From: Alphaproteobacteria bacterium
Lineage (GTDB): Bacteria; Myxococcota_A; UBA796; GCA-2862545
DNA: 64,000 bases
Assembly: GCA_020632925.1 (NCBI GenBank)
Contig: JACKER010000007.1
Span: 180,910-244,909, forward strand
Direction: 5' to 3'
Positions 18,727 to 25,796 of this stretch are shown here, in pieces. Under the pieces are notes generated by a model, which was not told where the DNA came from, did no database searches, and worked only from the letters and a program-made list of their open reading frames with translations. Both the position numbers and the translations under genes were made by a program. Within the stretch, counting starts at the first letter, position 1, and each line of letters starts with the position of its first letter.

Positions 18727-19745
18727 CAGGACACGCTCATCACGACGCAGCCCAGGCCGCTGCCGACGCCGAAGAGGCACAGCTCCTTGCCCTTGGTGAT
18801 GCGGCCCTGGGCCTCACCGAGGGCGAGCGTCAGCGGGAGCGAGGCGGGACCGACGTTGCCCAGGTACGGGAAGGTCAGGAGCGCCTTCTCCAGCGGCAGC
18901 TCGAGCTGCTGGAAGGTGTGGGTGAAGTGCGAGAGCGACACCTGGTGGCAGACGAACTCGTCGACCTCGGGTGCGCCGGGCCGCCAGCCGAACTCGTCGG
19001 CGGCGAAGGGCCACGTCTCGACCGCCAGACCGACGCCGTGCACGAGCAGGCCGTGCGGGTCGGCCTTCATCTCGGTCGGGTTGCCGAGGCAGAGCTGGTT
19101 GAACTCCGTCGCCGACCGCATCACGACGCCGTTGACCTTGTGCTTGTTGCGCGACAGGTCCTTGTGCATCACGACGGCGGCGACGGCGCCGGAGCCGAGC
19201 GTCAGCGTCGCGAAGTTGTCGCGGAAGGTGTCGGCCGTGGACAGCGGGTTGTTGAGCCGATGGATCGTGGCGGACACGGGCTCGCGGGAGCTCTCGCCGT
19301 CCACCACGAGCGCGATCTTGATCTGGCCGAGCTCGATCATGTTCGCGGCGAGCGCGATGCCGTTGAGGAAGCCGAGGCAGGCGTTGGCGATGTCGAAGCA
19401 GAACGCGCTGCGCGGCAGGCCCATCTTGCCGGCGGCCATGCTGGCGGTCGCGGGCTCGAGGTAGTCCCGGCAGACGCTCGTGTTGATGAGGCAGTCCACC
19501 TTCTCCTTGGGGATGCCCGCGTTCTCGAGCGCGCGCTCGCCGGCCATGGCAGCCACGGTGGAGGGCTGCACGCCCGGGTCCCACCAGCGGCGCTCCTTGA
19601 CGCCCGAGAGCTTCTCGAGCTGGCCCGGGGGCAGGCCCAGACGGTCGAGCGTCGGGCGGAAGGCCTCTTCCAGCTGGTTGCTGGTCATGACGTGCGGCGG
19701 GAGCACGTAGCCCATGGCTTCGATGCAGGTGTTCTCGAACCTCAT
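18723..19745 (-). CDS. 3-oxoacyl-ACP synthase III-like (FabH/OleA-like) condensing enzyme
   Basis: Cys-His-Asn triad in FabH-like contexts: NACLGF, CHQVS and GNVGPAS. About 340 aa, matching KAS III length. Confidence 0.8.
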   Translation of the reverse strand: MRFENTCIEAMGYVLPPHVMTSNQLEEAFRPTLDRLGLPPGQLEKLSGVKERRWWDPGVQPSTVAAMAGERALENAGIPKEKVDCLINTSVCRDYLEPATASMAAGKMGLPRSAFCFDIANACLGFLNGIALAANMIELGQIKIALVVDGESSREPVSATIHRLNNPLSTADTFRDNFATLTLGSGAVAAVVMHKDLSRNKHKVNGVVMRSATEFNQLCLGNPTEMKADPHGLLVHGVGLAVETWPFAADEFGWRPGAPEVDEFVCHQVSLSHFTHTFQQLELPLEKALLTFPYLGNVGPASLPLTLALGEAQGRITKGKELCLFGVGSGLGCVVMSVSW

Positions 19746-19873
19746 CCGACCCCCGGCGCGCGCGTGAGGGGCGGCACGTAACCGCTCGCCTGGATACCCG
19801 CAGCACCATGGCTCCTGCTTCTCGGCGCTCGCGCCAGGTGGACTGGGCGCGCAGCGTCCGCGAAGACCAACAG

Positions 19874-20452
19874 ATGGGCGAACGCGTCCTGTGGGGCCTG
19901 ATCGCCGTCAACGTCGTGGTGTTCGTCCTGTGGTCGCAGGCCCGCGGGTCTCTGCTCCAAGACGTGATGGCGCGGCACTTCCTGGTGTCGGTGGACAGCA
20001 TCGCCGAGCTGCGCTTCTGGACGCTGATCACGGCGGAGTTCAGCCACTACGACCCGAGCCACCTCCTGTTCAACATGGTGGGGCTGTACTTCTTCGGCCG
20101 TCCTGTGGCGCAGGCGCTGGGCTGGAAGGACCTGCTCGGGCTCTACCTGACCGGTGCGCTGGTGGCGTCGCTCGCGCACGTGCTCTACGGCATCGTGACC
20201 GGGGACATGGCGCCTTCGCTGGGTGCCTCGGGCGCGGTGATGGCGATCGGCGTGTGCTTCGCGGCGCTCTACCCGAGGGCGACGCTGCTCGTGTCCTTCG
20301 TCTTCCCCGTCCCCGCGGCGGTGGCGGTGGGCGGGTACGTGCTGCTCGACGTACTGGGCGCGATGACGGGCGGCGGCAACGTCGCCCACGCCGCGCACCT
20401 CGGCGGCGCCCTCATCGGTTTCCTCTGGTGGTACGTCCGGACGAGGCGGTGA
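19874..20452 (+). CDS. Rhomboid family intramembrane serine protease
   Basis: 6 TM helices, the GxSG motif LGASGAVMA and the catalytic His AHLGGALIG. Start could alternatively be 19808. Confidence 0.85.
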   Translation: MGERVLWGLIAVNVVVFVLWSQARGSLLQDVMARHFLVSVDSIAELRFWTLITAEFSHYDPSHLLFNMVGLYFFGRPVAQALGWKDLLGLYLTGALVASLAHVLYGIVTGDMAPSLGASGAVMAIGVCFAALYPRATLLVSFVFPVPAAVAVGGYVLLDVLGAMTGGGNVAHAAHLGGALIGFLWWYVRTRR

Positions 20453-20594
20453 GCCGACGGTGAACTTCGCCGAGAGCTTGCGCTTCGTTCGTCGCGTACA
20501 GGAGTACGCTTCCTCCCTGCAGCGCGGCGCTCTCGACGAAGTTCCCGCGCCGGCTCCCCGCCTCTGAGCGTTGGTGGTGTGCGAGCGTCCGCCG

Positions 20595-20829
20595 CGGGCG
20601 CCCGGCTCGGAGCGGTGTCCCGGGTCGCGAGCGCAGCGAGCCGCAGGCTCACGCGCTCGGGCAGCACCTCCAGCCAGGTGTCAGGACGTGATCCTTGATC
20701 ATTTCGGGCCCTTCCGCCACGGGCGCCCGGCTCGGAGTGGTGTCCCGGGTCGCGAGCGCAGCGAGCCGCAGGCACACGCGCTCGGGCACGACGTCCAGCC
20801 CGGTGTCAGGACGTGATCCTTGATCATTT
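20595..20829. repeat. Tandem direct duplication of about 125 bp (two copies, about 93% identity); each copy ends in the 27-bp motif GTGTCAGGACGTGATCCTTGATCATTT
   Basis: Compared by eye: the first copy ends at 20704, the second runs about 20720..20829. Lies in the intergenic region between the rhomboid gene and the Ser/Thr kinase. Confidence 0.8.
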
Positions 20830-20889
20830 GTGCGGTGGGCACTCTCCGTCCCGTGGCACACGACCACGACCACGACCACGACTCGCCGG

Positions 20890-20916
20890 AAATGATCAAC
20901 GATCACCTCCTGACAC
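20890..20916. repeat. Inverted copy of the 27-bp motif (AAATGATCAACGATCACCTCCTGACAC)
   Basis: Reverse complement of the motif found at 20678..20704 and 20803..20829, with 1-2 mismatches. Confidence 0.75.
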
Positions 20917-20954
20917 CCATGCGCGTCCGCCACCCATGCGCTTCCGCGCTACCT

Positions 20955-20990
20955 CCCGCTCCCGCTCCCGCTCCCGCTCCCGCTCCCGCT
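20955..20990. repeat. Hexanucleotide microsatellite (CCCGCT)6
   Basis: Perfect tandem hexamer. The same unit recurs inside the pseudokinase CDS at 29246..29335. A second microsatellite, (ACGACC) in about 4 copies, lies at 20860..20882. Confidence 0.85.
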
Positions 20991-21001
20991 TCGGGCCCCC
21001 G

Positions 21002-21028
21002 AAATGATCAACGATCACGTCCTGACAC
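21002..21028. repeat. Second inverted copy of the 27-bp motif (AAATGATCAACGATCACGTCCTGACAC), 16 bp upstream of the kinase start
   Basis: Near-exact reverse complement of the direct copies. Confidence 0.75.
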
Positions 21029-21043
21029 CAGGGGAACACCCGG

Positions 21044-23287
21044 GTGTTACCGTCGCCGCCGGGCCCCGGTGGTATCCTCCGCGCCGTGGACCCTGGCCTC
21101 TTCGCCTTCCTCGACCCCGACGTCGCCCGCGAGCTGGGCGAGGCCATGGCCGGCTACCAGGGATCGACGCCCGGGGTGAAGGCCGCCGAGCTCCTGGCCC
21201 GCTGGCATGGCGAGGGGCGCATCCGCACCGACCAGCTCTGCCGCGCGATCGGTGCGCTGCCGGTCGATCTCCCCATGGGTGTGGGGACCGCGGAGCCCGT
21301 GATCCTCTCGATGATCGGCAAGGGCGCCTTCGGCGAGGTCCACCTCGCGCACGACGGCGTCCTGTCGCGCCACATCGCCGTCAAGAAGATGTTCCGCACC
21401 CACGACCCCAAGGCTCGGGAGCGGATCCTCCAGGAGGCGCGGATCGTCGCGCAGCTCGACCACCCCTCGGTCCCGCCGATCCACGCGGTCGAGGTCGGGC
21501 CCGACGGGATCGTCGGTTACGCGATGAAACTCGTCCGCGGGCAGACCCTCAAGGAGTACGTCGGCGAGTGCCGCGCCTTCCACGAGGCCGGGCGGCGACC
21601 CGACGACGACCACGCGCTGCCCGCCCGGCTCGAGATCTTCCTCAAGATCTGCGACGCCGTGCACCACGCTCACAGCCGCGGCGTGCTCCATCGCGACCTC
21701 AAGCCGTCCAACGTCATGATCGGGCAGTTCGGCGAGGTCCTCGTGCTCGACTGGGGCATCGCCCGCGTGCTCGGGCGGGCGGAGGCGAGGCAGGCGGCGC
21801 TCGAGCCCGGGCTCACGGGTCTGTCGATGAACGACGCGGAGACCGTGGCGGGCGACGCCACCGGGACCCCGGCCTACATGTCGCCCGAACAGGCCAACGG
21901 CGCCGACGGCTCGCTCGACGCCCGCAGCGACCAGTACGCCCTCGGCCTGCTCCTCCACGAGCTCGTCACGCTCCAGAAGGCGGTCAAGGACAAGCCGATC
22001 ATGGCGCTGTACCGCGCGTCCCGCGGGGAGCGCGACCCCATGGTGCACGCGTTCGGCGACAAGGTGCCGCCCGAGCTCGTCGCGATCGTCGACAAGGCCA
22101 CCCGCCTCGCGCGCAAGGACCGCTACCCCTCGGTCGACGAGCTCGCCGAGGACGTGCGCCGCTACCTGCGCGACGAGCCGGTCAAGGCCCGCCCGGACAC
22201 CCGGTTCCAGCGCGCGACGCGGTGGATCGGCCGCAACCGCGCCACCACGCTGGCGATGCTGATGAGCTCGGCGCTCGTGCTGGTCGTCGGCTTCGTCATC
22301 GCGCTCCTCGGGACGCTCGTCGTCGTCGAGGGCATGCGCTGGCGGCAGGCCGCTCGCCAGGAGGCGCTCGCCAACCTCGTCTCCGCCGTCTCCAGCCAGG
22401 CGCGCCACATCGACGCGAGCTTCCAGGACGTACAGGGGAGGGCCGGCGGGCTCGCGCTCGCCGCCGATCTCGCCCTGCGTGCGCAGCCCGATCCGGACCT
22501 GCCCATCGTGCGCCCCACCGAGCTCGAGGCGACGGGCACGCTGTTGGAGGCCCCCGGCTACGAGGGGAGGATCAGCCTCGATCACGCGATCACGCACCTC
22601 GCCCCCGGTGTCGAGATGAGCGAGGTCGAACCCGACGTGCGGCGCCTGCTCGCGCTGCAGCCCGAGCTCGAGCGCCTCATCATGGCGAGCCACCCCGTGC
22701 CGCTGCCGCCGGACGAGGCCCGCCAGCGCCTGATCGAGCACGGCAACCCGATCGTGTGGGCCTACGTGGCGCTCGATGACGGCGTCATGGTGGTCTGGCC
22801 CGGGGCCGACGACTACCCGGAGGACTACGACCCGCGCGAGCAGGCCTGGTACACCGGGGCCAGGGGCGCCCATCGGCCCGTGTGGGACCCGGCGAGCCGC
22901 GATCCGTCGGACACGGAGGACCTGGGGCTGCTGGTGACCTCGATGGTGGGCGTGTTCGTGGGCGACCGGCAGGTCGGCGTGGCGGGCGTGGACCTGTCCA
23001 TCGACCACGTCATCGACGACCTGCTGGCGTCCCCTGTCTCCACCGCCGTCGACACGTGGTTGGTCGACGACCAGGGCCGCACCATCGTGACGTCGACGAA
23101 CCGCGACGCGCTGCCGCCCGACTTCCCGTACCCGAGCGTGCTCGAGCAGGTCGCAGCCGGGAGGAGCTCGGGCTCCATCGCGCAGCGCGACGGACGCACC
23201 ACCCGACGCATCACCTGGGCCCACCTGCCGGCGCTCGACTGGACGTACCTGGTGGTCGGCGACGAGCGGGAGCTGGTCGGCTACTGA
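21044..23287 (+). CDS. Ser/Thr protein kinase with a C-terminal extracytoplasmic Cache-type sensor domain
   Basis: Kinase subdomains GKGAFGEV, AVKK, HRDLKPSNVMI, DWGIA and GTPAYMSPE. One TM helix, then a periplasmic domain with the Cache-like YDPREQAWY motif. Confidence 0.88.
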   Translation: MLPSPPGPGGILRAVDPGLFAFLDPDVARELGEAMAGYQGSTPGVKAAELLARWHGEGRIRTDQLCRAIGALPVDLPMGVGTAEPVILSMIGKGAFGEVHLAHDGVLSRHIAVKKMFRTHDPKARERILQEARIVAQLDHPSVPPIHAVEVGPDGIVGYAMKLVRGQTLKEYVGECRAFHEAGRRPDDDHALPARLEIFLKICDAVHHAHSRGVLHRDLKPSNVMIGQFGEVLVLDWGIARVLGRAEARQAALEPGLTGLSMNDAETVAGDATGTPAYMSPEQANGADGSLDARSDQYALGLLLHELVTLQKAVKDKPIMALYRASRGERDPMVHAFGDKVPPELVAIVDKATRLARKDRYPSVDELAEDVRRYLRDEPVKARPDTRFQRATRWIGRNRATTLAMLMSSALVLVVGFVIALLGTLVVVEGMRWRQAARQEALANLVSAVSSQARHIDASFQDVQGRAGGLALAADLALRAQPDPDLPIVRPTELEATGTLLEAPGYEGRISLDHAITHLAPGVEMSEVEPDVRRLLALQPELERLIMASHPVPLPPDEARQRLIEHGNPIVWAYVALDDGVMVVWPGADDYPEDYDPREQAWYTGARGAHRPVWDPASRDPSDTEDLGLLVTSMVGVFVGDRQVGVAGVDLSIDHVIDDLLASPVSTAVDTWLVDDQGRTIVTSTNRDALPPDFPYPSVLEQVAAGRSSGSIAQRDGRTTRRITWAHLPALDWTYLVVGDERELVGY

Positions 23288-23297
23288 GCGCGCGGAG

Positions 23298-24299
23298 GTG
23301 GGCGTGGTCGAGACGTTCCTGCGGCACACGGGGACCGAGGTCCCGCTGCTGTGTGGCGCCATGTACCCGTGCAGCAACCCGGAGCTGGTGGCCGCGGTCT
23401 CCGAGGCAGGCGGCATGGGCATCGTGCAGCCCATCTCCCTGGTCTACGCCCACCGCCGCCGCGATCTGCGCGAGGCCCTGCGGGAGATCAAGCGCCTCAC
23501 CGACAAGCCCATCGGGTTCAACGCGATCGTGGAGCAGTCGAGCCAGGTCTACCTCGACCGCATGAAGACCTGGGTGGACATCGCCCTCGAGGAGGGGGTG
23601 CGGTTCTTCGTCACCGCGCTCGGGAAGCCGGGCTTCGTGGTCGAGAAGGCACACGCCGTCGGCGGCTTCGTCTACCACGACGTGACCGAGCGCCGCTTCG
23701 CGCAGCGGGCCCTGGACGAAGGCGTCGACGGGCTGATCTGCGTCAACGGGAACGCGGGCGGGCACGCCGGCCAGCGCACCCCCGAGGCCCTCTTCGCGGA
23801 GCTCGGGGACCTGGGCGTGCCGCTCGTGTGCGCGGGCGGCGTGGGCGACGAGCGGCGCTTCGTGCAGATGCTCGACCTCGGGTACGCGGGCGTGCAGATG
23901 GGGACGCGGTTCATCGCCACGACCGAGTGCACCGCGCACCCCGACTACAAGGCCGCCATCGTGAAGGCGAAGGCGGACGACATCGTGCTCACCGAGCGTC
24001 TCTCGGGGGTGCCCGTCGCCGTCATCGAGACCGAGTACGTCAAGCGCACGGGGACCCGCGCGAGCCGCCCCATGCGCTGGATGCTCCGTCACCCGCGGTT
24101 CAAGCACTGGGCGCGCTCCTGGTACTCGATGCGCTCGGTGTTCAAGCTCGCGAAGGGGAACCGCCGCGCTGACGCCTACTCGGACTGGCTCCAGGCGGGC
24201 CGGAGCGTCGAGGACGTGCATGCCGTGGTCCCGGCCGGCGACGTGGTGCGCGCCTGCGGCGAGGCGTGGCACGCCCGAGGCGGGCTCCAGGCCCGGTGA
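23298..24299 (+). CDS. Nitronate monooxygenase (NMO, 2-nitropropane dioxygenase/FabK-like FMN TIM-barrel)
   Basis: MYPCSNPELVAAVSEAGGMGIV, the phosphate-binding motif GGVGDERR, and overall NMO-family pattern. Confidence 0.8.
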   Translation: MGVVETFLRHTGTEVPLLCGAMYPCSNPELVAAVSEAGGMGIVQPISLVYAHRRRDLREALREIKRLTDKPIGFNAIVEQSSQVYLDRMKTWVDIALEEGVRFFVTALGKPGFVVEKAHAVGGFVYHDVTERRFAQRALDEGVDGLICVNGNAGGHAGQRTPEALFAELGDLGVPLVCAGGVGDERRFVQMLDLGYAGVQMGTRFIATTECTAHPDYKAAIVKAKADDIVLTERLSGVPVAVIETEYVKRTGTRASRPMRWMLRHPRFKHWARSWYSMRSVFKLAKGNRRADAYSDWLQAGRSVEDVHAVVPAGDVVRACGEAWHARGGLQAR

Positions 24300-24303
24300 T
24301 ACG

Positions 24304-24338
24304 GGCTACAGGCTACAGGCTACAGGCTACAGGCTACA
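24304..24338. repeat. Heptanucleotide tandem repeat (GGCTACA)5, followed by degenerate copies to about 24360
   Basis: Perfect 7-nt tandem copies. The reverse complement (CCTGTAG)2 appears at 24805..24820, giving inverted flanks around the 24644..24804 array. Confidence 0.85.
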
Positions 24339-24439
24339 GGCTCGGGCTACGGGCTCGGTGCCCCCTATCGGAGTGTATGGGACCGACGCTCCCCCGCCTG
24401 CTCCTCGCAGGCACTCGCCCCGACCGCGAGCCGACCGAT

Positions 24440-24495
24440 GAGCCATGTGCCGGTGGATGATCGGTGCGTTCGAGCCATGTGGCAGTCGATGATCG
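24440..24495. promoter_or_regulatory. Pair of 24-bp direct repeats (GAGCCATGTG-C-GT-GATGATCG) spaced 32 bp start-to-start; a putative transcription-factor operator
   Basis: 21 of 24 positions identical between copies 24440..24463 and 24472..24495. Lies in a locally lower-GC stretch upstream of the 24879 gene. Confidence 0.4.
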
Positions 24496-24643
24496 ACTCC
24501 ACCTGGGTCCGTCTGACGCATTTGCGGTAGAACCGTAGTTATCGCTCGTCCACTCACACCGCCCCAGGTCCTCGCGCGCCAGATCGATCAACGACTGGCA
24601 CATGGCTCCAAACCACCCCTCAGTCGCGATGAGATGGCCGACG

Positions 24644-24804
24644 CCCGAAGCCCGAAGCCCGAAGCCCGAAGCCCGAAGCCCGAAGCCCGAAGCCCGAAGC
24701 CCGAAGCCCGAAGCCCGAAGCCCGAAGCCCGAAGCCCGAAGCCCGAGGCCCGAGGCCCGAGGCCCGAGGTCCGAAGCCCGAAGCCCGAAGCCCGAAGCCC
24801 GAAG
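24644..24804. repeat. Heptanucleotide VNTR (CCCGAAG)x23 with a few G/T variants
   Basis: 161 bp, exactly 23 units of 7 nt. The variant units CCCGAGG and TCCGAAG cluster near the 3' end. Lies 75 bp upstream of the CDS starting at 24879. Confidence 0.95.
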
Positions 24805-24878
24805 CCCGAAGCCTGTAGCCTGTAGCCTCTACCAGGGGGTCCGGCGGAGCCCGAGCCGTCCGGTGATATGCTGCCCCG

Positions 24879-25796
24879 GTGAGCCTCGGCGCCTACCAGG
24901 TCCCGCGCGACGCCGGCACGGTCATGGTGCACGTGCAGATCATCGATCTGCAGCCGTTCAGCCTCGACCTCGTCGTCCCGACCTACCTCCCGGCCAGGGA
25001 CCTGACCCAGCGCGTCGCGCGCGACGCCGGGCTCGGTGGTTACTGGCCCGACGGCACCCGGCGGGAGTACTGGCTGCGTGCGCGCGGGCGCCTGATGCAG
25101 CCCGAGGAGAAGCTGCAGGACCTCGGGGTCGTGCCGGGCGAGCTGCTCCACCTGTTGCCACAGCCACCGCCCGGCAGCGGCCTGCAGGAGCGGCCCCCCG
25201 AATACCCGGAGAACCGCGGGTACGCGGCGGCCGGCAACATCAACGTCCTGTTCGGCCTGTTCACCGTGTTCCTGTGGACGGGCCTGTGGGCCACCGCCCT
25301 GACCGTGCGCCACGGCATCGTCTACGGCCTGTTCCCCGGCGTCGGGCTGTCGCTGCTGTGCACGTCCTTCTCGCGCCACCTGTGGGGTGGGCTCGGCTCG
25401 CAGGTGCGCATCCCGGTCACCGCGTTCCTGCTGTTCGGCTCGCTGCTCCTGCTCGCGGGCGTGCCCACCTTCGTGATCCAGGACCCGCTGGCGGACATCG
25501 CCCTGTCGCTGGGCACGGCGTTCGTGGGCGGCGCCTTCGGCATCCTGCTCGGCTGGCTCGCGTGGTACGGCGCGGTCGAGCCGCTCCCCGAGATCGCGCT
25601 CAAGGAGGTCAAGGCCGCCGAGGCGCTCGTGACCTGGCCCTGCGGCATCTGCGGGGGGCCCGTGACCGTCGAGGTGAAGGCGGACTGCGCCTTCGGGTGC
25701 GGCCGCGTGTTCCACCAGGGCTGCTACGCCGCGAAGAACGCGATGTCCGACGGCAAGACCTGCGCGGTCTGCGGTCTTCAGGCCCCAGCGGCCTGA
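24879..25796 (+). CDS. Membrane protein with an N-terminal ubiquitin-like (beta-grasp, YukD-like) domain, 4-5 TM helices and a C-terminal Cys4 zinc-ribbon
   Basis: N-terminus VMVHVQIIDLQPFSLDLVVPTYLPARDL...LGVVPGELLHLLP shows a beta-grasp pattern. Hydrophobic core follows. C-terminus has WPCGICGG...CAFGCG...CAVCG. Confidence 0.65.
   Translation: MSLGAYQVPRDAGTVMVHVQIIDLQPFSLDLVVPTYLPARDLTQRVARDAGLGGYWPDGTRREYWLRARGRLMQPEEKLQDLGVVPGELLHLLPQPPPGSGLQERPPEYPENRGYAAAGNINVLFGLFTVFLWTGLWATALTVRHGIVYGLFPGVGLSLLCTSFSRHLWGGLGSQVRIPVTAFLLFGSLLLLAGVPTFVIQDPLADIALSLGTAFVGGAFGILLGWLAWYGAVEPLPEIALKEVKAAEALVTWPCGICGGPVTVEVKADCAFGCGRVFHQGCYAAKNAMSDGKTCAVCGLQAPAA

Noticed and set aside
20571-21179. Several 60-120 aa ORFs inside the repeat-rich intergenic region (20571..20816, 20649..20933, 20820..21179, etc.)
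   Set aside because: They are read through tandem repeats and microsatellites and have no Shine-Dalgarno or motif support. Treated as non-coding.
24634-24825. 63-aa ORF translating the heptamer array as (PKPEARS)n, and the antisense ORF 24588..25715 giving (ASGFGLR)n
   Set aside because: A 7-nt unit yields a 7-aa repeat in every frame by arithmetic alone. There is no Shine-Dalgarno and no flanking protein context, and the downstream real gene starts at 24879 in a different frame. Treated as non-coding VNTR.
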